Positions 29,832 to 46,153 of a stretch of 64,000 nucleotides of DNA are shown piece after piece; the first letter of the stretch is position 1; every line of letters begins with the position of its first letter. The notes beneath the pieces are model-generated. The model did no database searches. It worked only from the letters and a program-made list of their open reading frames with translations, and had not been told where the DNA came from. This stretch comes from the human T2T-CHM13v2.0 reference genome, Homo sapiens: NCBI GenBank assembly GCA_009914755.4, contig CP068257.2, positions 42,016,001 to 42,080,000 on the forward strand, written 5' to 3'. The position numbers and the translations under genes were made by a program.

Positions 29832-29984
29832 GGAAGCAGTGGGACTTGCAGTTCCCTGAAGAAGCAGAAGCTGAGGGCAGAGAGCGACTTTGTGAAGTTT
29901 GACACCCCCTTCTTACCAAAGCCCCTGTTCTTCAGAAGAGCCAAGAGCAGCACTGCCACCCACCCTCCAGGCCCTGCCGTCCAG
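29832..29984 (+). CDS. RRP1B: RRP1B coding exon 14
   Basis: Acceptor cacgtag|GGAAGC. Translates GSSGTCSSLKKQKLRAESDFVKFDTPFLPKPLFFRRAKSSTATHPPGPAVQ. Donor CAG|gtacgc (GT 29985-29986). Confidence 0.9.
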
Positions 29985-30982
29985 GTACGCACCCTCCCCA
30001 GAGTGGCACAGCACATTTCACCACAAGGGCACAGATGGGCTTGAGCTGACAGTGCTTCCCATGCCGGGCCTGGAGCCCCACTGTGGCCCTCTGAGCCTGT
30101 CCACAGTGGACAGGTTCCACGGCCAGGGTAGCATAAGGTCTGAGTGGTCTGGGACCCACCCTGAGGGATCACAGTCAGGAAGGGGACTTTGAGGGGCGGT
30201 TGATCCACACATTCTGCCTCCCAGGGCTTCCGGCTCAGGGTTTGCAGAAACCAGTTTTCTCTCGTGAAATGTCACAGTGTTAAACACAAGTGGTGCAAGT
30301 CAGCAGTAGGAGGTCCACACAGAAATGTGGGTCAGAGCAGGAACTTGAGGCAGTGCTTCCTGATGCAGGCTGGATCCACTTCCAGGAATGTAAGTAGGAA
30401 AGAAGATAGTTGATTGTGGTGAACTGTTGGGATATGCAGATAGCTCAGAGTCCTTGTGCACAAAAAGCTGGAAACTGTGTGTCCATTGTCCATTGCAGTG
30501 AGATTCCATCATAGGCATCGTCTCATCGATGTCATAGAGTCTTCAAGTTAGAAGTTCAGAACTCTCCAGCAAAAGGCAGGGGAGTCTTGGCATTTTTCCT
30601 CACGGGTTCTCAGTGGTGAACTGTTTTTAGGACAGTTCAGGCATCCTCTCTGTTTGCCTTTCTTCCCTGGATCGTAGAACCCTGCAGCGGTAATGAGGCA
30701 GTGACCGCAGATGGGCCAAGAGTGTGGGCACCACTGACCCTGGGCTGGGGGGTTGCGTGTGTGGGACGCTGGGAAGGACAAAGGGCGGTCCTGGTGAAGC
30801 CCCGACAGGAGGGTCGGTTTCAGTCTTGGCCGCAGTCCCTTTGGCCTCTCCCTATATGTGCCACTCAGTAAGCAGCAGTGTGGGCGGCATACCCTCCAGG
30901 GCAGGTTCTCCAGAAAAATCTGACTAAGCGCCTCCACTGCACTTGCGTCACTCCTTTTGTTCCTGTTATTTCTCTTCTGCAG

Positions 30983-31046
30983 CTAAACAAGACACCATCC
31001 AGCTCCAAGAAAGTCACCTTTGGGCTGAACAGAAACATGACTGCCG
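30983..31046 (+). CDS. RRP1B: RRP1B coding exon 15
   Basis: Acceptor ttctgcag|CTAAAC. Translates [21 protein letters not shown] plus G. Donor G|gtaagt (GT 31047-31048). Confidence 0.9.
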
Positions 31047-31174
31047 GTAAGTGGGGTTTTGCCAGCGGCAAGCTTCTCTGGAGCACAGCTGCAGCTCCTG
31101 GCGCGGCTCGCAGCCTGGTTCCACAAGGCGGTCGGGGAAGAGGGGGGTCCTAGCTCCTCACTGCCCATTTCTTT

Positions 31175-31489
31175 ATTTTTATTTTTTTTTTTTTTTGAGA
31201 CAGAGTCTCGCTGCTCTGTCACCCAGGCTGCAGTGCAGTGGCGAGATCTTGGCTCACTGCAACCTCCGCCCCCCCAGGTTCAAGCGATTCTCCTGCCTCA
31301 GGCTGCCGGGTAGCGGGTAGCTGGGATCACAGGTGCACGCCATCACATCCAGCTAATTTTTGTATTTTTAGTAAAGATGGAGTTTCACCATGTCAGCCAG
31401 GCTGGTCTCAAACTCCTGACCTCAGGTGATCTGCCTGCCTCGGCCTCCCAAAGATCTGGGATTACAAGCGTGAGCCACCGAGCCCGGCC
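31175..31489 (-). mobile_element. Alu (antisense) with a 16-bp TSD (ctcactgcccatttct) in the RRP1B intron between exons 15 and 16
   Basis: Poly-T, then GAGACAGAGTCTCGCTGCTCTGTCACCCAGG... through ...GCGTGAGCCACCGAGCCCGGCC. The TSD is perfect on both flanks. Confidence 0.9.
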
Positions 31490-31861
31490 CCTCACTGCCC
31501 ATTTCTGAGTCAGAAGGAAGCACCTATGTGTCTGTCCCTCATCCTCAAAGGGCTGTGAGTGGGGTGCCAGTGGTGAGTGGGCAGCCAATTGCCTGGGACC
31601 TGTTAAGAGAAGCTACCTGGTGAGACGTGATCCAAAAAGCCGTTTTCCCAAGTGTCTTTCTAAATACTGAAAGCCGTCCCATAGAGAGGCCATTTGAGAT
31701 CGTAGTGCTCCATCAGCTGTAGCTGTCTCTCTGCGAAACTTCGGAACCACTTGCTTCTTGGGCGACAGAGAAGGGTAACCCCTATCTTCCTACTTTTCAT
31801 ATTGGTGCCATCCATTCGAGTTGCTTTTACAAAGGAAACCAAAGTTTTAAAAAGTAGTATA

Positions 31862-32160
<299 letters not shown>

Positions 32161-32214
32161 GTATTATAACGAATTTAGGACCTGACTCTTGTTGGGAACT
32201 GCAAGTAATAGAGA

Positions 32215-32300
32215 GTATGTGTATGTGTGAGTGTGTGTACATGCACCAGTATATATGTGTGTGTGCGTGTGCATGCACACATGCGTGAGTGTGTATGTTT
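32215..32300 (+). repeat. Imperfect (TG)n / GT-rich simple repeat
   Basis: GTATGTGTGTATGTGTGAGTGTGTGTACATGCAC...GTGTGTGCGTGTGCATGCACACATGCGTGAGTGTGTATG. Confidence 0.8.
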
Positions 32301-32732
32301 AGGGAGAAGAGACTCTGAGAGACTGAGGAGCTCACCCAGCCTTTACAACTGGAGAAAATGAACAGTACGAATCCTGCAGCTCCACATAGCACAGATTTGT
32401 CCCAGACACAAATGCCTGGTTCACTCATTGTCCAAAACACCCCCACCCCCAATGTTCACCCTTCCAGGAGCCACCCTACCAGCAGCTCCCCTTAGTCTGT
32501 GCAGGCAGCCCTGGGCCCTCCCTTGGGAGGGTGAGTTGAGGCATGGGATGTGGCCTCACTGCCCTCCTTTCCTCAGAAGGCTCTTGGGCCTGCTCTCTGC
32601 AGGGCCTTGAGATGGCCCTGCTTCGTCCTAGCAAGTGGGTGGGGTCGGCACCCAGGCAGGACGCTGTCTAAGGTGTTGAAGGGACAGCTGTCGGACCCAC
32701 TTAATATGGGGCCTTGCTCTCATTTGGGACAG

Positions 32733-32926
32733 AATTCAAGAAGACAGACAAGAGTATCTTGGTCAGTCCCACGGGCCCTTCTCGAGTGGCCTTCGACCCT
32801 GAACAGAAGCCCCTCCACGGGGTGCTGAAGACCCCCACCAGCTCACCTGCCAGCTCACCCCTGGTGGCCAAGAAGCCCCTGACCACCACACCAAGGAGAA
32901 GGCCCAGGGCTATGGATTTCTTCTGA
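32733..32926 (+). CDS. RRP1B: RRP1B last coding exon (16), C-terminus and stop codon
   Basis: Acceptor tttgggacag|AATTC. Translates (E)FKKTDKSILVSPTGPSRVAFDPEQKPLHGVLKTPTSSPASSPLVAKKPLTTTPRRRPRAMDFF. TGA at 32924-32926. Matches the ORF-track entry 32714..32926. Confidence 0.9.
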
Positions 32927-35620
32927 GGAGCAGCAGAGTCCCTTGTAAAAGACTGCTTTTGTACAGAATGCGCTATAAATTATACCTTTAAGAATGTGGG
33001 GCCTTTTTTATGATTTTGTAAGTTCCCATAAGTTGTGTGCACGAGGTTCTGAGAGTGCCCGCAGGCTGCTGCGTCCTGGCCCCTCTGTAGTGGCTGCGGG
33101 CGTCTTGGTTGAATCTTTTGCTACAAACCATGTTTGCGTTTGAGCTCTCCAGGATTTTACATTTTTGGGTAACCTCAGTGATTCCCATTGGTGTAGGAAA
33201 TGAGACCCTCTCTGAAGCTGAGGAGAGCACGTTGATCTGAACTTTAAATCAATCAGTGCTGCTGGCACAATGAAAGGTGGAACTGCACTTCTGTTGAGCT
33301 CTCAGTTCTGCGGAATTTGGTACTCATTACCGTATTCGCCGTACTAAGTTGGTTTCTGTTAGTCTTAACAGTCTGTTTTCTTTTAAAAGCATGTAGGGCT
33401 TCATTGCCATGTTCTGTGGGTGTTTGGCAGGTTACCGATGGGGAAGATTCTTGTCACAGAATCAGCAATACCATAGTTTTTCTACATGTGCTCAGCTGGG
33501 GGTGTGGACAGGTAGGGGTGGGGAAAGAAGAGGCTCTGCGTTCTGGGGGCTTTTTCTTCTCCTCCCCCTACCCGGTTTCCCTCCCTGTTTTCCTACCTCT
33601 ACGGCAAGCCCAAAGTGTCTTCCCGGGAGCCCAGCGCAGCCCCCGGCTCTTACCCAGGACCCCGCCCCGTGCTGAGCCTTCTGCTGAGGTCCTTGCGTGG
33701 AGCACACTCATTCCTCCAAGCCCTTGCGCTCCCGTTTCTCTCTCTCTCCGTCCACGTTCCAGCCGAGTCACTGCCTGACCGGCTCCATGGCAGCTCCCCA
33801 TCTTCCCTAGAGGCTGCCTGCGCATCTGGAGCCTGCGCTCCGGCTCAGCGACCTTTCCTCTCAAATGCGGAAGCGTGCACTTACAGTTCAGACCGTTCTC
33901 CTGTAAGTTCATTACAAACACGGGCGGAAGGCACTCAGGCTTTCGTTGGAGAAACAGAAATAAGGCCTTCTTTTGAGCAGCGATTGCTGGATCATTGATC
34001 TGTTTGAGGAAGTGTCTGACCTGGGCCTGAGAGCTGGAGAAGGTGCAGATTCAAAGTGAGCGGCTCCTGAGGAGAGCCGCCAAGGCTGCTCGCCTTCTCC
34101 GTGGCTTCCGCAGCTACCGTCTGCACGGTGAGAGGGCACGGGCACACGGTTCGGGCTGGCGTGCAGCTCTCCCAGCCAGCCACGCTCTGCTCAGGCCTGG
34201 AAGTGAAAGCCGCCTCCTTCCCGTTATGCCCCCCATACAGGAGCCTCGGTTTTTCAGCAAAACGCGGCCAGTCCCCTTCTCCACTGCTGCCTCCCAGCAG
34301 AGGGCCCCAGGATCTCCAAGGTCCCAGCTATGGCTTTGGACAACGTGGCTTCGGCCCCTGGGGTTGCAGAGCTTGCATTGGGTTTACCTCGGTCTCATTC
34401 ATTCATGGAGCCAAGGGTGGGGTTTCACCTGCGAACATCAGACTGACTTGCTGGCGTCAAGAGCAGTTGACTCACTGATGAAGGCCCTGGTGAGGAGAAA
34501 GCACTCTGTTCTTCGCCTACTCTGTAATCGTTTTGTCATAATGAGCCATGAAAAAAGTAATGAACTTGTGCTGTTAATCGTCACTGTAATGAGAAGTCTT
34601 ACGTACAACATAGCTGTGGTGGCTTAATGGCTGCATTAGATAGGATCCTCACATCCCATTCAGAACCAAAACTGATACAGTGAAACAATTAAGGTGAGCA
34701 AATAGTTTTAACTTTTCTTTTTTTTTTTTAAGTTTCATTCTTCCTAGAATATTTTTCTAACAATTTTTATTTCAGCTTTAAAGATGGGTCATATAGCCAA
34801 ACGGGCCATATAATCCAACATTGTTGAGATGTCTTAGGACATCTAAGGCAAAACTGGCACATTTGTTCTGCAGACTATTGCAGGAATGTTTTTTCCTAGC
34901 ATTTCTATATTATCTGTCCATTCTGAGGAACCAGTGAATGTCCTATAAATGCACCTCCTGTCAAAACCATGCCTGAGAGGTCCCGGCTGGGAGTGACAGG
35001 GTGCTTCTTAGATTCTATTGGTCCTTCTCTCATTCTCCGAACTTACTCCTTTTTATGGGTAAGTCAACTAGGTTTACAGTCCCTTATTTTTAATGCCTAA
35101 GTTTTGACAGCAGGAAGAAAACAATTTTTTAAAAATTCTCATTACATAGACGCACAAGAATATGTCACATAAAGAAAATGTGTTTAGAATACTGGTTTTC
35201 TATTTACGCATGATATTTTCCTAAGTAAAATTGCCAAGTGGACTTGGAAGTCCAGAAAGGAAAATAATTTAAATTAATGCTGGTGATCTTAACAATATTT
35301 TGTAAAATGATGCTTCCCCCTTCTCCATGGTCTAGTCAATTTTGTACAATTAGGTATCTGACTTTACAAGTTTGTTATCCTTTCTAATTTTTACTGAACT
35401 GAAAGCACAAAGAAGACTACACAGAAAATCTGGAAACAGTTGCAGGTGTTGGGAGGAAGATGAAATCGAGCTGTCTTTTAACTTTTGTATGTGTTTTATC
35501 AGAATTTGCTGGACTATGCTGGCAAGGACTTTGTTTACGATCAAATTGTACTAGTGTCTGCAGGGTTTGTCAGTACTCGTCAAAGCCAAGTCCAATTAAA
35601 AAAAAAAGTCTTTGCCCTCC
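32927..35620 (+). other. RRP1B: RRP1B 3'UTR (approximate 3' end)
   Basis: Continuous unspliced non-repeat sequence after the stop. No AATAAA hexamer between 32927 and about 36200. The best poly(A) signal candidate is ATTAAA at 35595-35600, followed by a genomic A9 run. The implied mRNA length of about 5 kb fits my recollection of a roughly 5 kb RRP1B transcript. The end point is inferred, not observed. Confidence 0.45.
35595..35600 (+). terminator. RRP1B: Candidate RRP1B polyadenylation signal ATTAAA
   Basis: The only canonical or near-canonical hexamer in the expected region. An A-rich stretch immediately downstream makes the exact cleavage site ambiguous. Confidence 0.35.
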
Positions 35621-35958
35621 AATTTGTGTTTGATGTTGACTTTCAGTATGGGTAAAAATAGGCCTCTTTGGGAGCTGTTCCAGCACAGCAGAGTTGGGAA
35701 GATATTGGTGTTGGTCGGGTTTGAAAACAAGACTCTGGGTACCATTCTCTTCATCTCTCTGCTGCTGCCAGAGCCGGTGGGGGCGCTGCTCCGGGGATCG
35801 TCTCCAAGTGCTTGAAGCAGGCCTCACTGCGCACAAATGCCCTTGCTCACTATCGTGTCTAAAACATCACTCCACAGGCCTACGCTTGTGACGATGAGCG
35901 GAGAAGTGCCAGTGTCCCGGGTGGAGATCTCCCACTGCAGCCCAGAAACTGACTCCAG

Positions 35959-36050
35959 CTAGGGTGAGGCGGGCACAGGGAGGCTGCAGCTGGGTGAGGC
36001 GGGCACAGGGAGGCTGCAGCTAGGGTGAGGCGGGCACGGGTGGGCTGGTA
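35959..36050 (+). repeat. GC-rich tandem repeat, about 31 bp in 3 copies
   Basis: GGGTGAGGCGGGCACAGGGAGGCTGCAGCTA is repeated three times (the third copy is diverged). The periodic pseudo-ORF 35959..36228 (-) reflects it. Confidence 0.85.
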
Positions 36051-36235
36051 CCCAGCAGACAGCCTGTTCTGGGTGTTGGCAGTGGGTGTGGTCAGTGTTG
36101 GGCAAGCAGAGTACAGGCATGGCGGAGTCTTTATAGGCCCGTGTTCCCCGAAACAAATTTTTCACCTGTTCTTTGGATCCCAGACAAGTCCACAGACAGA
36201 CACTGAACAAGCAAGCAAACAAAAACAAACCCTGG

Positions 36236-36538
36236 GCCAGGCGCGGCGGCTCACCCCAGTAATCTCAGCCCTTTGGGAGGCCTAGGCAGGCAAGTCGCTT
36301 GAGTCCAGGAGTTTGAGACCAGCCTGGGCGACATGGCAAAACCGTGTCTCTACAAAAAAAAAAAAAAAACAAATAATTAGCCAGGCGTGGTGGCGTGCAT
36401 CTGTAGTCCCCGCTACTTGGGGGCCTGAGGCAGGAGGATTGCTTGAACCTGGGAGGTCACGGCTTCAGTGAGCTATGATCATACCACTGCACTCCAGCCT
36501 GGGTGACAAAATGAGACCCTGTCTTTAAAAAAAAAAAC
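36236..36538 (+). mobile_element. Alu with the TSD aaacaa(a/g)ccct
   Basis: GGCCAGGCGCGGCGGCTCACCCCAGTAATCTCAGCCC... through the poly-A. Confidence 0.9.
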
Positions 36539-36760
36539 AAGCCCTAGAGGAAGAAGGAAATCTGTTGTAATGTATTATTTAAAATGTCCAGTTTTCAACA
36601 AAAACAAGGTAAGACATTCAAAGAAACAAAAGAGTGTCACATACACAAGGAGCAGAGAGGCAATAGACTGGCTTTGAGGGCACCCAGGTGCTGATCTTAG
36701 CAGACAAACTTCAACCAGCCCTTATCAATATGTTCCCATCACTAAAAGAAACTATATTTA

Positions 36761-37092
<332 letters not shown>

Positions 37093-37719
37093 TTAAAAGA
37101 AACCAAATAGAGATATAGACGTTAAAAAGCACAGTAAGAGAAATCAAAACTTCAATAGAGTTGAGACCCTCTAGTGAAGTTTTTATTTCAGTTATTGTAG
37201 ATTTGAGGCGGTAGAAGAATCAGCAAACTTGTAGATTAATAGAAATTATGTAATCTGAAAAAAAAAAATTGATGAACAGAGCCTCAGAAATGCAGGACCG
37301 CCAAGTGCCACAGCACACACAGCAGCAGGACCACAGGAGAAAAAATACTCAAAAAACTCATGGCCAAAAACTTGCCAGCTTTGAGTTTATCTTCCTTGGA
37401 GTGTGTAGAGTTTCTTAGATGTGTACACTGATCAAAAACTGCACACATCTAAGCAACTCCACACCCTCCCCCAAACACAGCTGAAATGATGAAACTCAAA
37501 ATGTTGAAAGAGAAAACTTCAAAGCAGCCAGAGAAGGACTCATCACATACAAGAGAACCCCAGGAAGATTAAGATTTTTTTTAAACCTGATTCAGATTTT
37601 TTTTTTGACTTCTCATCAGAAAAAAAAAAAAATACACTGAAGGCAGGGATGAGATACTCAAAACGCTGAAAGAAAAAAGCCAAGAGCCCTTCTTAAGTTG
37701 AGGTGAAATTCACATAACC

Positions 37720-38016
37720 TTTTTTTTTTTTTTTTTTTTTAAGACAGTCTTTGTCACGCAGTCTGGAGTGAGGTGGTGTGATCTCGGCTCATTGCAACCT
37801 CCACCTCCTGGGTTGTTCAAGCAATTCTTGTGGCTTGGCCTCCCAAGAAGCTGGGATTGCAGGCATGCGCCACTACGCCCAGCTAATTTTTGTATTTTTA
37901 GTGGGGACAGGGTTTTGCCATGTTGGCCAAGGCTGGACTCGAACTCCTGGCCTCAAGTGATCTGCCCACCTCGGCCTCCCAAAGTGCTGGGGTTACAGGC
38001 GTGAGCTGCTGTGCCG
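37720..38016 (-). mobile_element. Alu (antisense)
   Basis: T22, then AAGACAGTCTTTGTCACGCAGTCTGGAGTGAGGTGG... through ...GGCGTGAGCTGCTGTGCC. Confidence 0.9.
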
Positions 38017-38910
38017 AGTGGCATAATCATTGTTTAAAGTGTACAGTTCAGTGGCATTTAGTGTTGGGAAAAGGGCTTGTGGAATGCCTGTATAAACTGG
38101 CCATGAAAATATGGGACAATAAGTTGTGGAAAGCCACAAGAGGCCTCTGAGGAGGAAAGCCTCCTAATCGCCATCATGTTCGCATGCTCAGAGTGAGACC
38201 CGCTCTTATCTGTAAACACTGTGTTCAAGGAGAAGGACACTCCTTTGAAGCACTGGACTGTGGACAGACACACGAGCTCCTGGTTAAGCCCGCTCCCACC
38301 AGCTCCTGTCCGATAAGTTAAAGATACGCTGTTTGAGCACAAAGGAGATTCATTGAAACCGGTATTGCTGTAGATTACGCCTATGACGCACTGCCTCCCT
38401 TTCACTGTTTCGCCCTGAACATCTGCTTCTCAGATCTAAGTGACTGTACTCAATAAATAGCGTGGAGACCAGAGCTCAGTGCCTTTTGCAGCCTCCATTT
38501 TGCCACTGGCCCCCTGGCTCCTACCTTTATGAACTCTTAACCTGTCTCTTCTCATTCCTTTGTTGCCACCGAACTTCGGGTACGCTGTGGGTGGTGTTGA
38601 GGCTGGTCTCCAACATTTAGTGTATTGACAATGTTGTGAGACCACACCTCCATCTACTGCAGGCATTTCATCACCCCAAGAGAAGGCCCGCACTCGCTGA
38701 GCAGTCAGCCCCGCTCCCCTCCGTGCCAGCACCTGGCAGCCAGCACTTTGTGTTTCTAGATATTTCATAAGTGTGGACTCGTGCTCTATGTGGATTAAGG
38801 TTTTGCCAAACGTGTCACCTGTCCCCCCTGGTGTGAGGATGTCTCTGAGGTTCCTGAGAGACTGGGCTGGCAGAGGATGTGCATGTTTCGTTTTAGAAGG
38901 TGCCATTCCC

Positions 38911-39212
38911 GGCCGGGTGCGGTGGCTCATGCCTGTAATCCCAGCACTTTGGGAGGCCGAGGCGGGCAGATCACAGGGTCAGGAGATAAGACCATCCTGG
39001 CCAACATGGTGAAACCCTGTCTCTACTAAAAATACAAAAATTAGCTGGGCGTGGTGGCACATGCCTAGAGCCCCAGCTACTCAGTAGGAGGCTGAGATGG
39101 GAGGATCGCTTGAGCCCAGGAGGTTAAGGCTGCAGTGAGCCATGACTGCACCACTGCACTCCAGCCTGGGCGACAGAGCAAGACCCTGTCTCGAAGGAAA
39201 AAATAAAAATAA
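38911..39212 (+). mobile_element. Alu
   Basis: GGCCGGGTGCGGTGGCTCATGCC... through ...GACCCTGTCTCGAAGGAAAAAATAAAAATAAG. Confidence 0.9.
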
Positions 39213-40166
39213 GTTATGGGCAATATGGCATTGTGTCCTCAAACACTCCAGCCTGCATTACCAGGTGACATTCCTCTCTATAACTACATCGCCATGGTTA
39301 CAGGAAACCAACTTAGATCAAGGACATCTTCACACAAGTTCACGTTCAAATTTCCCCCTAGTTGTTCTCAAAACATTTTTTCTTACCGGGAAATAACCAA
39401 GGATGTGCAGTGATTCTTGTCTAAAGTCTCTCTTCCAGAGTGTCTGCCCCTCATTTTTTCTGATACTGCATTCTTGAAGAGTGTGTATAACTTTGACCCC
39501 GCAGCCCAGTGGGTTGCTTCTGATTGCCCTGGGGATGATCTAGCAGGGTTGTGGCCTGTCCACTCTGTCACAGGGACCCCTGTGTGGGAAGTCCTGGACA
39601 TCCAACGCCCCTGACAGTGCTCAGCCCCTGATTGACGGCCTGGTTGCTATGACAACTCCAACCTCAGCTTTCCAGCTTTCTCTAGGAAGGGATAACCCCC
39701 CTTGGCCCAGCATCAGGACCCAAATCCAGAGCTCACAGGCTGGTTTCCCCGACTTGGTCCTAGTGCAGCTCAGGGCAGCACGTGGGCTGGCGTCTTCCTG
39801 TGTGTCCAGGCGGGCAGCCCGAGGAGGCCTGTTGTAACCCAGCCAGAGTGCTGAGCCGGCACCGTGGGGACACAGCAGACTCCAAGAAGACATCATCTTC
39901 TCCCCAGAGCTCCTGCTTCTCAAGCACAAATTGTCATCTAACTTTAGTCTCTAAACTGTGGATCTACCTAGGACCACAGAGATCAATAAATTCCAGGGTT
40001 AGCACAGCAGGCAGCAGACACATGGCTGGTTTTTGCAGCGCCTGAGAATAAACTATTATTGTACCAACTTCCCAGCTACGTACCGCTTTTCTATAAATGA
40101 AACATAAGCCAAGCCAAAGTTTTGTTTAAAAACATAAAGCTAAATGCAGAAACATGACTGGATTTA

Positions 40167-40663
<497 letters not shown>

Positions 40664-40940
40664 CACACACACACACACAGCTGCAGCCAGGTGAGGGCCC
40701 CATCCTCGGACGCACCCACACACTGACTCACTGAAGGTGGGTGCAGATCAAGGAGTCCCAGGCACTCTCTCCTTTGATAAAAATGCTTGGCACGCCCGCC
40801 GAGTATCCAGGCAGTGCCAGGCGCTGGGATACAGGCCAGAAAGACAACAGGGACTGCTTGGAGTCCAGGGACCAGAGAGGAGATGAGACCTGCGACACCA
40901 TGCAAGCCACAGCTGTCACTTTCAATTTCCTTGCACACTT

Positions 40941-41234
40941 TTTGTTTTGTTTTTGAGACTGAGTCTTGCTCTGTTGCCAGGCTGGAGTGCAGTGGCGCAA
41001 TCGGCTCACTGCAACATCCATCTCCCGGATTCCAGCGATTCCCCTGCCTCAGCCTCCCGAGTAGCTGGGATTACAGGTGCGCACCACCACACCTGGCTTA
41101 TTTTTTTTTTGTATTTTAGTAGGGACGGGGTTTCACCATGTTGGCCAAGATGGTCTCAATCTCCTGACCTCATGATCCGCCCACCTCGGCCTCCCAAAGT
41201 GCTGGGATTATAAGCGTGAGCCACTGCACCCGGC
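40941..41234 (-). mobile_element. Alu (antisense)
   Basis: TTTTGTTTTGTTTTTGAGACTGAGTCTTGCTCTGTTGCCAGG... through ...GCGTGAGCCACTGCACCCGGC. Confidence 0.9.
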
Positions 41235-43483
41235 TGTAGACACATTTTTTAAAAGAGAAAAAGAAACTGTCAATCTTTTTAAATAATGTATTTCCAAAAT
41301 ATAATTTCAACACGTAATTAATATTAAAAAGTATTAAGATATTTTGCAGGCTTTTTTTTCTGTAGTAAGTTTCCAAAACCAGGCGTGTATGCTGATGGCA
41401 CGCGTCGCCTGGCACTCTGGAGTCACATGTGGTTGCAGCTATGATATTGGCCATGGCGATTCTACAGCTAAAGCCGAGAGGAAGTTTGTCCAGAGAACAA
41501 GTCGGGGTGGGGATCTCAGTAGAGGGAACCGCACCTGAGTAGAGGCACAAAGGAGGGAACAGCCAGTGCAGCCAGGATGTAGGGGGGCTGGCCAGGGACG
41601 GCCATGGGGGCCGTGGGGGCCGTGGGCAGGGTTTGGGCTTTGTCCTGTGCACACTTCAGGAGCCACTGGAGAGCACCCACCAGGCAGCAGGGGAAGGAAG
41701 GGTCAGAGGCCCGGATGGACCAGAGGCGGGAGGGCAGCCAGGCCTGGGGCCCACACCTGGGCTCAGCGGGCAGGATCGGAGGACCGGCTTCTGGTTGATG
41801 TGGGGAGGGCCCAGGGAGAATGGGGAAAAGAAGACAGGGAGGTTTCCAGAGCGTGTCGGCCTCTCTCCTCGTTTCCTGATCCACCTCATCTCCATGGGCA
41901 CGTTTTCCTTCTGAGAAGAGCTGGGAAGCCCGTCAGCAGGCGGGCCTCTGTCCTCACCTCCACTAACCTGGCCCTTGCAGGCGTCCCAGGCTTCCAGGGC
42001 CAGCCCCCTGGGGTTTGGCACCCTGCAGCCTCTGACTTTCTCTTCACTGCTCCTTTGGGAGCACGTGCCAGAAGAGACACTGCCTCCGTGGCTGGCACGG
42101 ACGACGACGCCCAGCAGGCAGCTGTCTCAGGAGGACAGGCCCAGCTGCAGGAAAGGGCAGCCCCGGGCTTCTGGCAGGGGCTGAGGCAGGGAGGCCAGCC
42201 CTACCTGGGGGCTGGAGGTGGCGTTGAGTGGGGGTGTAGGGGGTCCGCAGACGGCAGCTGAAGCCCCTTCTCTGCAGGTTATGCTGGTGCGATTCCCTTT
42301 TAGGAAGTAGAGTCCGTGTGGAGAGAACGGTGAGCCGCCTGCGTCCTGTTGCGATTCAGCCCCTGTGTCTTCCCGGAGGGCCCTGCGCCCGCCTTTTGTT
42401 CCTAGGACTCGGTGCCTTTCTGAACCCAGTCTAAAAATTGCCGCAGCTCTTTCTGGCGTTAGTCACTGCCTGGTGATTAAGGCTTCAGTCCGTCAATCTT
42501 TAAATCCTACAATTATTTCTCCACCCAGGTTTTTAAGAATAAAAGTTGAAAATGTACTGAACTGACAGCTACCGGATTTGATTCCTATTTGATTCGTACC
42601 TTTCCCGAGTGGCCCCGATCGCCACCGCAGCGCCACGTCCTGGCAAATCATTCACGCCGACCTTGAGAACTCAGCAGAGGTGCAGACTGACACTCAGCCC
42701 CGCCCCCTATCACGGGCTTTCTGCGGGTGAAAGGAGACGTTGCTTTTGTTCCCCACAAGCAACTGCAGGCAGTGCTACTTATTTTTAACACAGTTGAGCG
42801 GGCAACTTTATCTTAAATGATTATGTGCTGAAATCTGCTGATGAAAACGCTATAAGATGGGCATGGGCAGGGGTGGCCGCCAGATGTGTTCTGCGTGACA
42901 GCTTTTTCTGAACCTGCTGGACAAAGTCCCCACTTGTTGCCCGCTCAGCCCCGGTCACAGCCCCACCTCGCCGGGGCTTGTCTTCAGTTCCTCACACTGC
43001 CACGCTCTTGACCCACTCATTGGCCTCTTTGTGGGGACCCTTCAGCCAGAAGGCCCTTCCCCTTTCCTGCCCAGCTCTGGCCCAGACCTGCCACATGGAG
43101 GCTGTTAGAGGTGGAATGTCTGAGGCCTCCAAATGCATGTGTTGAAACCTAATCCCCAGAGGGATGGTATTTGGCGATGGAGTTTCCCAGAAGTGGCTTG
43201 GTTTGTGCTGGCTGCTATAGCAAGTACAGTCATGGGTCGCCTAGTGAGATCTGTTTTGAGAAATGCATGCTCGGGCGATATCACTGTCGTGCAGACCTCA
43301 CAGCATTCACTCACACAAACCCGGCTAGCACAGCCCGTGACACACCTCAGCCCTGTGCTGTAACCTGCTGTTCCCAGGCTACAAACCTGCAGAGCATGTC
43401 ACTGCACCAGATACTGTGGGCCCCCTTGACAGTGGTGAGCTCTTGTGTATCTAAATACAGAAAAGGCATAAAAAATAACGTGC

Positions 43484-43807
<324 letters not shown>

Positions 43808-44202
43808 CTATGGGACTTGTGGCACTTGACTGGACCATAAACTGCTTATAAACAACAGAAATTGATTTCTCAAAGTTCTGGAGGCTGGAGGTCCAAGATG
43901 GAGCACCGGCAGATCTGGTGTCTGGGAGAGGCCAGGCAGCTCTTTGGGGCCTCTTTCACAAGGGCACAAATCCCATTCCTGAGGGCTCCCCGCAACGACT
44001 TCATCACCTCCCAAGACCCCACATCCTGATACCCTCACCTTGGGAGTTAGGTTCAACCTATGCATTTGGGGGGACACACTCAGTCTCTAGCAGTTGGGTA
44101 GACCCAAGATTGCCCTCAGGAGCTCCTTTGGGAGGCGCTCTCTATTGGGTCCAGTGCCAAGAAAAAATATCTGACTTGTATTTTGTAGAGGCTATGTTAT
44201 TA

Positions 44203-44978
<776 letters not shown>

Positions 44979-44987
44979 AAAAAAATA

Positions 44988-46153
<1,166 letters not shown>

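Noticed and set aside
33317-34627. ORFs of 153 aa (33317..33778), 127 aa (33615..33998), 194 aa (34043..34627) and others
   Set aside because: They fall inside the RRP1B 3'UTR, downstream of the TGA at 32926. The peptides are compositionally biased, not homologous to anything I recognise, and overlap one another in different frames.
41566-42261. 231-aa + ORF in the intergenic GC-rich block
   Set aside because: A low-complexity Gly/Arg/Pro/Ala peptide with no splice sites or recognisable domain. It is reported only as a possible regulatory region.
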